A stretch of 63,367 bases of DNA, counting the filler, from Kipferlia bialata (taxonomy: Eukaryota), in the NCBI GenBank assembly GCA_003568945.1. It is 6 parts of 6 records of this genome, joined end to end, with 100 filler letters (N's around TTAATTAATTAA, not from the genome) between each part and the next. Parts side by side here need not be neighbours in the genome. Positions count along the whole stretch, not along the records: positions 12,379 to 24,650 come from BDIP01001107.1; positions 24,751 to 37,012 come from BDIP01001108.1; 4 more parts are not named here. One strand, 5' to 3'. Positions 13,357 to 25,889 of this stretch are shown piece by piece; the first letter of the stretch is position 1, and the number at the start of each line of letters is the position of its first letter. A program made the translations under genes and the position numbers. The notes under the pieces were generated by a model that did not search any database, was not told the DNA's origin, and saw only the letters and a list, made by a program, of their open reading frames with translations.

Positions 13357-15681
13357 TTAGCGCTTGACGCCAGTCCCTGCTCCACCGGCCTCTGAGATGG
13401 TAGGGAGCCACATGAGGGAGGGGCGCCTGCCTGCACTGCTGGCAGTACCGGCAGAGGAGTCGGTGGGTCCCCTGGGGTGAGGGCTATAAGATATAGAGTC
13501 GTGAGTTACACATACAATGCCCATGTCTACACATACCTTGACTGGGAGAGACGTGCGTGGGACATGGGCCCACAGGGCACAGCCTTCCTGGACAGCAGGG
13601 GAGGGGGCTGTACAAACTTGCCAAAGTGGCCGAGGCTGAACCTCCTGGCGGCCTGGGGGGGCTGTCTGGTGAGGACGCAGGAGCGGGCAGTGCCGACTGG
13701 GCCGGAGGGGTGGGAGATGGGGGGGTCCTGCAGGGGGTCCTTGTAGGAGATGGAGGAGGGGTCCATGGACCGGGGGGAGAGCTGCTGGGCGTTGTGGGGG
13801 TTGGCCTGGGAGCCACCGGGGGTCTGCTGGGGCACGCTGTCTGCGGCACATGTGAAGGGGACATAGGGGGGAGGGGAGGTCCTGTTGGCCACTGCCTGCC
13901 AGTCGATCCCGTTAAAGAATGGGTGCTGTCTGATGAGGTCCACGTCCATCAGACGGTCCTCGGTGCTCTTGACAAGCAGACGCTCCACAAGGTCCTTGGC
14001 AAGAGGGTCAATCTGGGGGTGAGAGGCTGGGAGAGAGAGTGTGTGGGTACATATTTACTGAATGAGATACGCAGTGTACCTGGCTGTCGCCTGTCTCTGG
14101 GGCGGCACCTCCCTTGCTCATGGGCAGAGACTCCACGGAGAGGGGGGCCAGGCTCCATCTAACGGGGCTCTTCTGGATGCGCTTGAACATCTTCTGCCTG
14201 TCGCTGGTACGGAAGGGGGAGAGGCCTGTGAGCATCTCAAAGATGACAATGCCCAGGCACCACCAGTCGACCTCCTTGCCATAGGACCTGCCGCTGATGA
14301 CCTCGGGGGCCATGTAGGACTCTGTGCCGCAGGTGGAGGTGGCGACCTCCCCAGCGGGCAGAATGCGGGCCAGACCAAAGTCGCACAGCCTGGGGTACCC
14401 GTAGGCATCGACCAGCACGTTCTCGGGCTTGAGGTCCCTGAACACAATGTTGTTGCGGTGCAGGAAGTCAATGACGCAGACAAGGGAGGCGGTGAAGAAA
14501 CGGACAACGTCCACATGCAGGCGCTTGTGGGAGGCAATCATACTGAAGAGATCACCACCTGGGAATGAGAGGAAGGCAGAGGGGGGGAAAGAGAGAACTG
14601 GAGGAGGTAGAGGGGAAGAGTGGGGGGGGGGGGGGGGAGTGACCTTGCCACTGGAAATCCTGTATAGTGTAAACATTATATACATATCCACATACCTGAT
14701 GCCAGCTCCATGACCAGACACACGTAGTTACCGGCCTGGAAGTGGTGGTGGAGCCTGGTCACCAGGGGGTTGTGGCTGATGTAGTTGAGCAGAGCAATCT
14801 CCACATTGATACGGAAGGCACTGCCGCTGTTCTTGAGTCTCTTCCTGACAGTGAGGGAGACTAAGACACAACCAAGGAAGTACCGAGTAGATAAGAGAGT
14901 AACAGGAACTGCCACCTACAAACCAGTGAAGTCAACGATACACACCTGTTGATTCTCTTCATGGCGTAGTACCACTGGTTGGCCTCACACTTGACCAGCA
15001 GAGTCTTTCCAGAGTACCCCTTGCCAAGCACCTGTGGTGAGACACAAAGGGGAAGTAGGATGGTAAGAATACCGGTTATAAGAGGAGACACACATATATA
15101 CAGCCGGACGTACGTAGAGGGATGTGTAGTGGTTCATGGAGTTGCAAGAAGACAGCACGTCATGGGTGTTGGCCTTCTTTGGGAGGTAGTGACTGGAGGG
15201 GTACACGGGGAAGGACCGCTGCAGAGAGAGAACGGGCAGCCGACTGCCATTCTCGTTCCTACGGGGGAGAGCCTTGATACCACTGGTGATGGAGTTTCTA
15301 CGCCCCTGGGGAGACAGCAGGGAAGACCTTCTGTCCTCTCTCTCTCTCTCCCTATCCTTCTGTGGCATCCCAAGCAGGGAGTTACGGCGCTTCCGTGATG
15401 GATCACGCAGGTGGTCTAACCGGTTCTCTCCGAGCCTGTAGTGCTGCAGTCAGAAATAGAGTCTATAGCTACTCAGACTGTGATTCATAGTAATATACCC
15501 AGACCCCACTGCCAATATCCATCCCAGAAGGAATACAACAGGAAGATATATGTATCAAACACCATTGCGGGAGCTATTACATAGCAGGGAGCCTAGATCT
15601 GAGATAATATAGTGGACAAACCTCACGAGCTCCTCTCTCATCTCTGTGATCCTCCAGAAGCGTGAACCTAGGAACAGACAT
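13357..15681 (-). CDS. AGC-family Ser/Thr protein kinase (S6K/RSK/Akt-like), multi-exon
   Basis: VLGKGYSGKTLLVK, YAMK, FRDLKPENVL, DFGLA, CGTESYMAPE, DWWCLG and the AGC C-tail HPFFNGIDW...PPYVP. The start codon at 15681 is tentative. Confidence 0.9.
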
Positions 15682-17289
15682 GACGTAAACAAGACCCTAT
15701 GGGCTCAGTCTCGCAAATGTCGCTTGGTGTGGGCTATATTTGGCCGTTTTGTACAGCTTGAGGAGGATGGTCTTGTATCATGTTTTTGGTGTCTCTGAAG
15801 CCTAGCCCCTTATTGGTTATATGTGAATAGTGATGTATGAATGGCGTTGCTTGTAGGCCCCTAGGGGCCTGTTGGCGAGGGTTTTCAATGCTCGGCATAC
15901 GTGTCACACCATTTTATCCACAATCAGGTTGCTCTTTGTCTCTCTGTCTAGACAAAAACAAATAGTAGTAATACAGACTGGAGGGTGCAGCATTTCAGTG
16001 CCAGTAGATCTACTGAGTACCACGGCTCGTAAAGCACATCATATCCTTACCGTACATACACCACAAGTTCTACCCAGAGAGTGAATCGAGAGGGGTAACC
16101 CTGATGACACTTTGCATACATCAATTAGAATTGATCATAGATAGACACTGGTCAATCATCCCATACACTCCACAGAAAGGAAGTACTGACATGCTCAAAG
16201 AACAACTGGGCCGCATCCCTGTCAGTAATCCCATTAAGACCACCATCCAAGTCGAAATAGAGTGGACCATAGAAGAAACACCGAGGCAGTGTGATTCCCC
16301 GCTTGCACATCGACCCTCGCCAATCAGGCCCACTTTCTTCCGCAGAATCAAACACAACCAAGGGCGCTTGAATAAACACATGTCATGCTATAGCGACGGC
16401 TGACTCACTTGAGTAATTTAACAAGTGCAGCGCGTATTAACTAGCACTTAGGATGTTGCTAATTGGGGTCTCACTTATGCGACTTCAGGCTCAAGGTAAG
16501 GCATCATGAATCACTATTCGTAATCCACTTTCCACCTTCCTCAATTACCCCATCTACAGAAAGAAGAGAGACAGTGAGAGACCATGTGCCAAGAGATGGA
16601 CAGGAATGATAAACATTGTTTTTGAAGTGCTTATAATGATGGCCTTTCCTGACAAGCAAAGCTGCAGTGGTTCCCCTCTCTCTTTCGACTTCCGATACAG
16701 CTTTAGTGGGCAGTATACGTTTTTTGAAACTTTGTCTGTTCACGACGGCATTTCGATACCTGGGACGTCGTTGGAGACCCCCCTCGGTGCTGAGTGCCGA
16801 ATGACAAGCGGTGCACCTTGATATCATCTTGGTGTATCCTTCGGCCGTAGCATGACATCTCTGTTTAATCAAGTGGTTGGGTGTTTGTGTAGTTGTGGCG
16901 ACAGTTTAGTGTGAGATGGTTCGCGTGGAGCACTTTGCTGATGATCCTCACAGCTGAGCCTTGTGGGTAAGCGAGATTCCTTAGATCTACCTGTTGTTAC
17001 GGTAGCCAATAGACCACCTGTTAGTGCATGGTCCCAGTGTCACTTACTCTAGACACTCCCCCCACACCTCCATCATTCAATCAATGGCATATCTGGATGA
17101 TATCGCCTGGCAACACATTCAATCACCAGTCTCTCACTCTCTCAACCATTTATCAACTGCAACTCCCTTCCCAAGATCCGGATAGATCATTTTTGGCCTT
17201 ATAGCGCCTTCTCCCGAGAGAGGTTCAGTGTCTTCCTGACTCTGGTCCTGCACTGGCGCCTTCCTCCCAGCCATGGGAGTCCCAGGTCA

Positions 17290-19017
17290 TAACGCGATTC
17301 CTCCACTAACGGTAAGCAAAGCAGGAAGAGGTGCCTGTTCTGGAACACGAATGGACAGTCGATAGCATGTCATGACAGTATCCTGCTGTGACCCACTCAA
17401 TGTGGAGAAGACACTCACTCGTGGGGACTCCCAGGAGATACTCCTCTTGGATGTGGAGTCCTCAGCGTCCGCATCAGCACTATTATGGTGTGTTCATCCC
17501 ATACCAGTTGTACATCCCCTGGGCTCTCTAGGACGGCAGTGGCTGTGGCCTCCCCCCCTCTCTCTCCCATGCCTGTGCACCACCACCCCTACCCTGTCCA
17601 TGCCTCCTATTCCTCTTGGCAGTACGTACAGACAGTACCACTCTAGGCAGACAGTACCCACAGACAGAGAATGGAATGGCGGTGGCAGCCAGTAGCAGCC
17701 ACGGCCTGTATGTCTCGTAGTCATCTGTCTGCACCATGGTGACATCAAAGACCACGCTGCACACAGTGGGTATGAGGCTGAGGGCAGGGATGGGGAAGGA
17801 TAGCCACATGTAGGTGCGGATGTAGGCAGAGCCAGAGACGGCACTGGCAGAGCGGTACATGGTGCTGAGGGTGGGAACGAGAGAGAGAGGGAGAGAGAGA
17901 GAGAGAGCGCATATGGTGGCTAGGAATATACTATATATGTTATGCACTATATATACATTATATACAAATGTGGCACATGGTGCTATGGAGGGAGAATGAG
18001 GGGAGGGGTGGGGAGAGAACGAGAGAGAGTACTGCAATAGAACTTGTCACAGTGAGTGTGAGAAAGAGGTAAATAGTTAGGGTGACACTGTATGAGTATA
18101 TAGCAACGTACTATCCACCCATGCCCAGGTTGGCGATGGTTAGCACCGCAAAGGAGGCCATGGGGACAGCGTACATGAGTAAACCTGGGTAAGGGTGGAA
18201 AAGAGGACAGGAAATAGAAAAATAGATCATAAACACCCACCATAGTATCTGTCATCCAGTATGAACCAGCAGGGATCGACAAGGGGTGTGGTCACATCAA
18301 ATGTGGCCATCCCGTAGATCAGGGTGACTGCCACTAGGGTGGAAGGTACACACACACAGATCAGAGCGTATACACTGAGTCAGAAGGTCTTCCACTCCTC
18401 CTAAGACAAGGACAGAGTTGAATAGAAGAGATGAATACCCACCAGAGAATGAGGCTAGGACTGCCCCTTGTCCTTGATCTAGGGTTGAGACTGGTCTGGA
18501 GTCAGATGGACATATTATCAGATAAACAAGAAAGAGAGACCACACTCTGGCCTCAGGATGACCCAATTTGACTGTCAGCATCTAGTAGACATATCAGTGC
18601 TCACCTTGATCATTCTGTAGGTATAGTGCGAGAAGCACACCATCACGAGTCCCGCGGATATAGCACTGCCGTAGTTACCAATGAAGGAAGCCTGATAATC
18701 AGAGAGAGTAAGAATAGAATATGAAGGGAGAAGAAATTCTGAGTAACATGTCCTCCAGTCAGTACCTTGCAAGTGTCGCTTGACTGCACAAACCCAACAG
18801 AAGCCCAGGAAACCACCTCAACGGTATGTAAGGCGACTGAGAGGCCAATGAACACATCGATGACCCTGATCTTTCCATCTGCCCTACCCTTGAATCTGCT
18901 CACTGCACATGCATGCAGCAGGAGGTAGAGCACAAACACTATGCCTATACCGGCGCAAACAACCTCCGCCAGTAACAGGCCAGCATCCACAGAGTCAGGG
19001 AGAGGGAATACTCCCAT
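17290..19017 (-). CDS. Multi-pass membrane protein, GPCR-like (possible 7TM)
   Basis: Short N-terminus, then successive hydrophobic helices: LLLAEVVCAGIGIVFVLYLLL, VIDVFIGLSVALH, C-K then ASFIGNYGSAISAGLVMVCF, MWLSFPIPALSLIP and WLLLAATAIPFSVCGYCLP. The 3' end is uncertain. Confidence 0.5.
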
Positions 19018-19275
19018 CAACGTGACAGAGTATATGGGTGAGGAGGTGGGACATCCAAAGTGACGCTTCAGCACCCTTAGTCCAAAAATCCAAAATTCGC
19101 GTTAAACCATCCAGCAGGTCACCACTCATATAAATAATTGGAACCACATATTTATACACTTACACCGAGAATACACAAAATAATACAATGACACCTCTCC
19201 ACACGTAATGAAAACAACAACTGGAGACACTCCAATGCTAACCGTAGCACACTGTGCTACATAGACCCCATAGAA

Positions 19276-22200
19276 TCAGAGCTCGTATGCCCCACTCCCC
19301 CTGGACAGTGCCCCCACAGCAGACATATCGTCAGAGGTCACGTTGAAGGACTTCTTCAGCATGCCACCGGGGATGTCAGAGTATGCACCGGGGCCTGGGG
19401 TGAGGTGGGCCACAACTATATAGCTATAGATAGATACTGTAGGTATGCATACACCCACCTGGTGGCAGTGCCTGCCTTCTCCTGGCCAACAGCTTACGCA
19501 CTGACCCGGCACTTGGACCGGCAAGGTCATCAACCTAAGGGTAAGGCGGGTGAGGGGAGAGAAGAGAGAGACTGATAGTAACTGCGATGTCTTACGTACC
19601 GGAGGTGCCTCTCTGGGGTCTGTGAACCTCCTGCTCCTGGACAGTGCCAGTCCCTTGTGGGTGTTGATGGCTGCCAGGCTACCCTCCACATCGTATGCAC
19701 CTGGGCCCACACTCTCACTAGTGGCACCAGCCCCCATGGCCGCCTCAAACCCGTCCCTCCCAGTCCCTGCCCCAAAGGTGCCCCTCTGCGACCCCCCACT
19801 GGCTGCCACCCTGGCCTTGACAAAGGACACACTGGTGCTTCCCCCACCAAGCGGCCTCTTCCTCGTCACCTCTCGCAGGTCACCCCCGGCTGGTGTGTTG
19901 GTGCCCTTAAGGCCTCCTAGGGGGTGCCTCGACTTGGGGGCATCGGAGGGGTCTGCGAACCTCTCAGTGTCTGAGGAGAATGCGGCAGAGGGTCTAAGCC
20001 TAGCCATCCTGGTGGACTGGGTCTCTCTCTCCTCGCCCCTCAGGTTGTAGGAGCCTGGGCCAACTGTGGCCAGAGCCTCGACCTCCTTGACCTGCTGGGG
20101 GTGAGGTGACAGAGAGAGAGAGGGGGGGTTCATGGTATATATATAAATATATATGTGTGTGGGTGTATATATATACACCAGTCTCCTACCTTTGAACCGT
20201 CGAACCTCGCCGCCCTGCCGCCAAAGGACACCTGGGCAGTGGCATGGCCGGATATGCGGCGCTTACGCTCAGCATCTCTCTTGATACGATCGGCAAAGCC
20301 TGTGGGTGAGAGAAGTCTCAGGACTGAAACACTATCAATATACTACACTGATACCTAGCCCAATGTTGTAGTCCCCTGGGCCAGGCAGGGATGCCGCCTC
20401 CCTCTCATCCACATGGTGGTCAGCCATGGCACCAGCTGGCAGACCCGATGTCTGCAGTGCAATGTCCCCTCGGTACGTGCCCTCATCGAACGCACCCAGG
20501 CCCCCCACCCTTCCTCTGTTCATCCTCGAGTTGTAGGCAGGGATGTTGGCAGGGGGGCCCATGGTACCCCCTGGGTTGGCCTGGGTGTTGGGTCTGGCAC
20601 CCCCTCCGCCCAGGGTCAGGTGGGAGGAGGATACACCGGGCCGGATAACCACACCTGGCCCTAGCAGGGACTCATACCTCTGGCGGGCACCGGCCCTGAG
20701 AGTGAGAGGGGAGCTAAGTATGTGGAAAGAGAATATGTACTGGAAGGTACCTAGCCCTGTGCTGGTTTCTGCCAAACTTGAGTCTGGACTGGGTGTGCAG
20801 CTTGAAGGCAGTCGAGGCCTCCTCCGGGTTGTAGGACCCAGGCCCCGGCCCAGAGTCATGGACAGGGGCGGCATGCACCTCGCCTCCCTCGGTCGGGGCG
20901 GCCAGTCTGTCTCTGGGGTGACGTGTATACATATATACATACACATACATATGTAATGTGTCATAACTATTCACCACACACTAGACTATACCTGTCCTTC
21001 ATCTGCAGGTGCTGGGGAATGGGAAGAGCCATACTACCATAGCGCTCCAGACGGGCACGCTGGCCCTCCTGGGGTGAGGTAGGAAGAGGGAGAAGATAGA
21101 CCAGGGGTCACATCCAACGCCAATAAATACACACATACACATACACATCTATATATAATTCCACTGTCGATACCTGGTACTGATGCAGCCTGTTCCTCCT
21201 CTCTGCCTCGTTCCTAGCCTTGGTACCAATGCCATCAGTGTCTGTCGTGTAGGCACCTGGGCCTCTGACAGTGAGGGAGGAGCACAACATTAATATCACA
21301 CACTATTTGTTATTTATGTTCAGTACAAAGATTTCCGTGCATTAACTGTACACAAATATGCAGACATAGATAGCAGTATATATACATATATATATTCACA
21401 CACTGCCTCACCTGAATGCCCCGTCTGGGTCACTGGGCCCTCTAAACCTGTCGTACCCACTGCTGAATGCGGCTGACATGGGTACAGGGTGCCTCTGCAA
21501 TGGCTTGGCGTCTATCGAGTATGCCCCTGGGCCAGGGGTGAAACTGGCCTGGAAGACCTGCCCCCTGGGGGCACCCTTGGCCCAGCCCGTGCCTGCAGGT
21601 CAGTAGCATATGTAGCATATATATATATATATATATATATATCATATATACTGATATATATACCTGCGTATCTGTGCCCCGACGTGTGTGTCCTGCCCTG
21701 CGGCATCGAGGCATGACCACCAACACTCCTTGCACGCCGACGCACCGCCTTCCCGTCCGCCCTCTGCCTCTCCCTGGCCCTCCTCATCTCCCGCTCCCTT
21801 GCAATCTCCGCGTCTGTCTCGGCCTGCCTCTGACTGGCATTCATCTGATCGAAGTGGGCAGCCTGGGGAGCAGGGCTGGACGGCACACCCTGCCTACCCG
21901 CCCTCTCTTCATCCCTCTCACTCTCCAGACCCTGGGCACTGTCTGTGACACTGCCCTCCAGTCTCTCTAGCTCAGCAGCAGTGGCAAGGGACCCAGAGGA
22001 CTGGGCGTGGTGCGGCTCTAGGTACCTGTCATCAGTATCAGTATCTGGGTATCTACTATCTAGGTACCTCATGCTGGATGCAGGGGTCAGGGACTGCCTA
22101 GGTGCATTGCGACGCATGGGGGCAGACGACACCCTCTGGCGCTGGGGACTCTGCTTCTTCACCTCGGCCAGCTCTGCCCTCCGACGCTGGGCCTCAGGGT

Positions 22201-23141
22201 CCACAGCACCACCCTAGAGGTGAGAGGGGGTATGGGAGCAGTATATGGGTGTGGTATAGCTATGGAATGGGTGATGATACTCAGAGATTGGGATAACACA
22301 GGAATAGTGGAGACACACAAGTACTGGCTGAGCTGACCCTGCAGGGCAGTACAACACCATACCGTACCTGCATCTCTGCCTTCTCGATGTATGCCTCGTC
22401 TGTCACGGCATAGGAGGCAGGGCCAGGCACAGAGTCACGGGCAACCTGGATGTGCTCTTGGGGTCAGTCACAAGCCAGACATATAATGAACATCTGCAGG
22501 ACTCTCTCATACTCATATCCATATACACAGTACAGTGGGATATGAGAATATCAATAGCAAAGTAACAGATATGATTCCTTGACAAAACACAGTGAGTGTA
22601 CAGGGGTAAATATTTGGTAAGCTACACCATTACCTGGCTTGAAGGGAAGGTACACATTCCGCTCTGTGTCCTTCTTGTAGCCATAGACATTGTCATGGCT
22701 AGGGATAGAAGGGACTGTCACCTCTCTCTTCATCAGCTTGGCAGCCCCCCTTCCCCCCCTGGCCGACTGCTTCAGTCTCTCCCTCATGCGGTGTCGCGTG
22801 CTGGGACTGCCCCCATCCTGGTAGGGTGGAATGTCCTCAGGGCCCAGGTTCTCCCCCACCAACTGCGGCTCTGGGAACCGTTCTACCCTAGACGCAAACA
22901 CTGAGTGCTCCTCTTTAGCCCTGCGGATGTACTTAGGCTGGGAAGTGGTGTCATAGGAGGTTGGGGGTGGGCCAACCTCCTCTCCGGTGGTTAGGCCGAT
23001 GTTTCGTCTCTGAGTCGACCCAAAAGGAGCTCTGGTGCGAGCCCTGTGGTTTACATCCTTGGGATTATAGCTGTTTGGACCAAGACCTGCACCAGTAGCA
23101 CTCTTAGGGACCTCGAATCGCTTCGAGCGCCCAGTAAACAT
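19276..23141 (-). CDS. Sperm-tail PG-rich (SHIPPO-1/STPG) repeat protein, probably flagellar, multi-exon
   Basis: Many (P/V)GPGxY repeats across exons (LGPNSY, PGPGSY, PGPGDY, VGPGSY, VGPGAY, PGPGAY), each followed by F-S-x-x-x-RF-type spacers. Confidence 0.85.
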
Positions 23142-23365
23142 CTACTAACTACCGTATGCCTCTCCTGCACGACTGAGATGCTCCAGTATTCCCGCTATAC
23201 GTGTATAGGTCGCTAAACAGGCTCTTTGAGATGAGACTTCTGCATTTTCTGTTTCTACACCCTTATTGGGTGTTTTTGCGGTTTTTACCTCTGGGGGTGT
23301 AGAACATCATTGACAGTCAAGACTCTATACCCAGTATCGTCTCTCTCTTCATACCCAGTGGTGAC

Positions 23366-24361
23366 ATGGGGTACCAACCACCGTTACCATCACTCGCTGC
23401 ACTTGTGGACAGAACTGCTGACTTTCGGCGATTCCAGGATGCCCTAGTACCCACCCAGACGATGGAAGTGGTGGATGATTCCAATGACGATACCGGTACC
23501 GATACCACCACTGAGCATGCACCCAATGAGGCCCTGGCCAGCTTCCTATCAGCTGCAGCAGGGATCAGGTCGGAGCTGATGGGCACGCTGCGTGCCTTAG
23601 ATGAGGCATGGGTGTCATACGTTGGTACAACTGCAGAGAGTAGGTCAGTGATTGTCTATAGTCTTTTCAGTGATCCTCTAAGGGTGAGGGAGTGTAGTGT
23701 ATCTTCTAGTGACATATGTTTCTAGTGTATGGTACCCTTGTAAATTCCCCCCCCCCCCCCCCCCCCCCCACCCACCCTGTAGGCCACACACCCTGTCTCC
23801 CTCTCCATGTACATCCAGTTTGACAGTGGCGAGAGTGCCACCAGGGCCATCCTAGCTGTGTCAGACACCTACTTCGATGACAGACTGCTCAAGGCCAGCC
23901 ACGGTCTGACCAAGTTCTGCTCTGCATACCTGGAGGGCAGGCAGTGCAACAAGCCCAACTGCTCGTTCCTGCACAGGAGGTATGGTATACATGCATGATA
24001 GGTTAGCTATACATATTGTCCCACCCTCCTCTCTCTGACCTGTCAGGCAGGATGATGAGATTCTGATGTTTGCGGATGAGCGTATGACGAGGCGTGTGCG
24101 TGAGATGGTGCACCCCTCTCTGCCCCTGCACAGAGAGACCTTCAGCCACAACAGGTCCCAGCGTGCCAGGCTACCCCCTGTGGTGTCTGCCCCCAGTGAC
24201 GGGTACTCCCATGGGTCGGAGGGGGAGGCATCCTCCAGTCGGAAGAGCAGGGAGGGGAGGGCTGCCCCCTGGGCCAAGCCCCCCACCCCGGCCAAGCCGT
24301 CCACCTCTGCCTCCTCCCTTCCACCCCAGCCCCCCTCAGCCCTGACGTCTAGTGTGAGGGA

Positions 24362-24392
<31 letters not shown>

Positions 24393-24650
24393 GCCGAGAG
24401 AGAGAGAGAGAAGGCCAAGCGGGAGAAGGAGAGGCAGGCGGAGAAGGAGAGAGAGAGGGAGAAGCAGCGCCAGAAGGACAGGGAGAGAGAGAAGGAGAGA
24501 GAGAGGCAGCGTGAGGCCGAGAGGGAGAAGGCCAAGGAAGCCGAGAGAGAGAGAGAGAAGGAGAAGGAGAGGGCTGTGGCCCGTGCTGCTGCTATGGAGC
24601 AGGCCTCGAGAGGCCCCCCCATGCCTGCCGGAGTCTTCTCCCTCCCCCCC
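23366..24650 (+). CDS. Not4/CNOT4-like RRM plus CCCH zinc-finger protein, 3'-truncated
   Basis: SMYIQFDSGESATRAILAVSDTYFDDRLLKASHGLTKFCSAYLEGRQCNKPNCSFLH matches the Not4 RRM end and C3H1 finger. It is followed by a Pro-rich and RE-repeat tail. Confidence 0.75.
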
Positions 24651-24750
24651 NNNNNNNNNNNNNNNNNNNNNNNNNNNNNNNNNNNNNNNNNNNNTTAATT
24701 AATTAANNNNNNNNNNNNNNNNNNNNNNNNNNNNNNNNNNNNNNNNNNNN
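24651..24750. other. Artificial scaffold linker
   Basis: N44-TTAATTAATTAA-N44. Confidence 0.97.
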
Positions 24751-24851
24751 ATAGTTGTTTCCTGGGGTTTTCCCCCCCCCCCCCCCCCCCCCCCCCAATT
24801 GGTTTCTGTGGTCACCACAGTGTGGTGTGTCTATTGACTCTTGACTCTTAG

Positions 24852-25593
24852 GCGTATCACCAACTTTATCGAGGGTTGTGACGATGTAGCGCCAGGCTAT
24901 AGCAATGAGGTCAGAGCAGAGGACGACGCTATTCTACACAGGTGTGTATATATATACAGCATATAGTATTCTGCACAGGATGTAGCAGATAGGAGTGTCT
25001 AGATACAATAGTGTAGGTATATCTATATAGTGAGGTCAGGGCAGAGGACGATGCTATTCTGCACAGGTGTGTATTAGACTCATACTTAGGACTTGCACTG
25101 CAACTTGCAGACAACGAAATATATGACGTAATAGTATTCAATGACATATAGTCAACTATCGATACTGACTGGCAGGCACGACGAGGTCCATACTCAGCCT
25201 ATACAGTCTATATATGATATATTTATTATATATATTATATACCATATATATATTGTTTATTGCACTGTCTGTACTGACTGCCAGGCACAATGAGGCCCTC
25301 CAGGCCATGCCCCTTGGCTCATTGGGACATCTTGCTACTGATGCGCAAGTGGTGAGTATTATTATGCTAATGTCTCTATTTGGTGTATAGTGTATATTGA
25401 TTGTATATAGTACCCTCACCCCAATAGGCCTAACCTATATAGTATACAATACATACCACCCTCACCCAAGGATGCTGGACTCAAGTGCCTGGCACTGCTT
25501 AGAGCTGGCAGGATAGAGGAGTATCTGCAGTATGGCCTGCCAGCAATGGTAGAGAGTGGACTTACCCAGGCCGGGTGGGATGTTGCTGTGTAG
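24852..25593 (+). CDS. 3' exons of a hypothetical protein, 5'-truncated
   Basis: Exons RITNFIEGCDDVAPGYSNEVRAEDDAILH, HNEALQAMPLGSLGHLATDAQV and DAGLKCLALLRAG...WDVAV* have GT-AG boundaries. Confidence 0.55.
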
Positions 25594-25889
25594 ACACGTT
25601 AACAATAAATGAATCATGACTTCTTTATGCAAGTAGAGAGATCCTTTGACTTCAGTATCATATGCTGTAGATTTGTTGCCCGCCCCCCCCCCTCTGTCGC
25701 TTTCTCTCAAGACAAGTGAGCGACACCCACATTCTGCCTTCCATCTCCCCCCCACCTCATCAGTGAGAATCAGTTCCAGTATCTGTCCCTCTCCCCAACC
25801 TCCTAACCTCAAGGCAGCCCTACTTCCTTACACAAAGTAGTACTTAAAAGAGGCACTCAATAAGTACCTTACGTCAAGAAGGCACCCTA

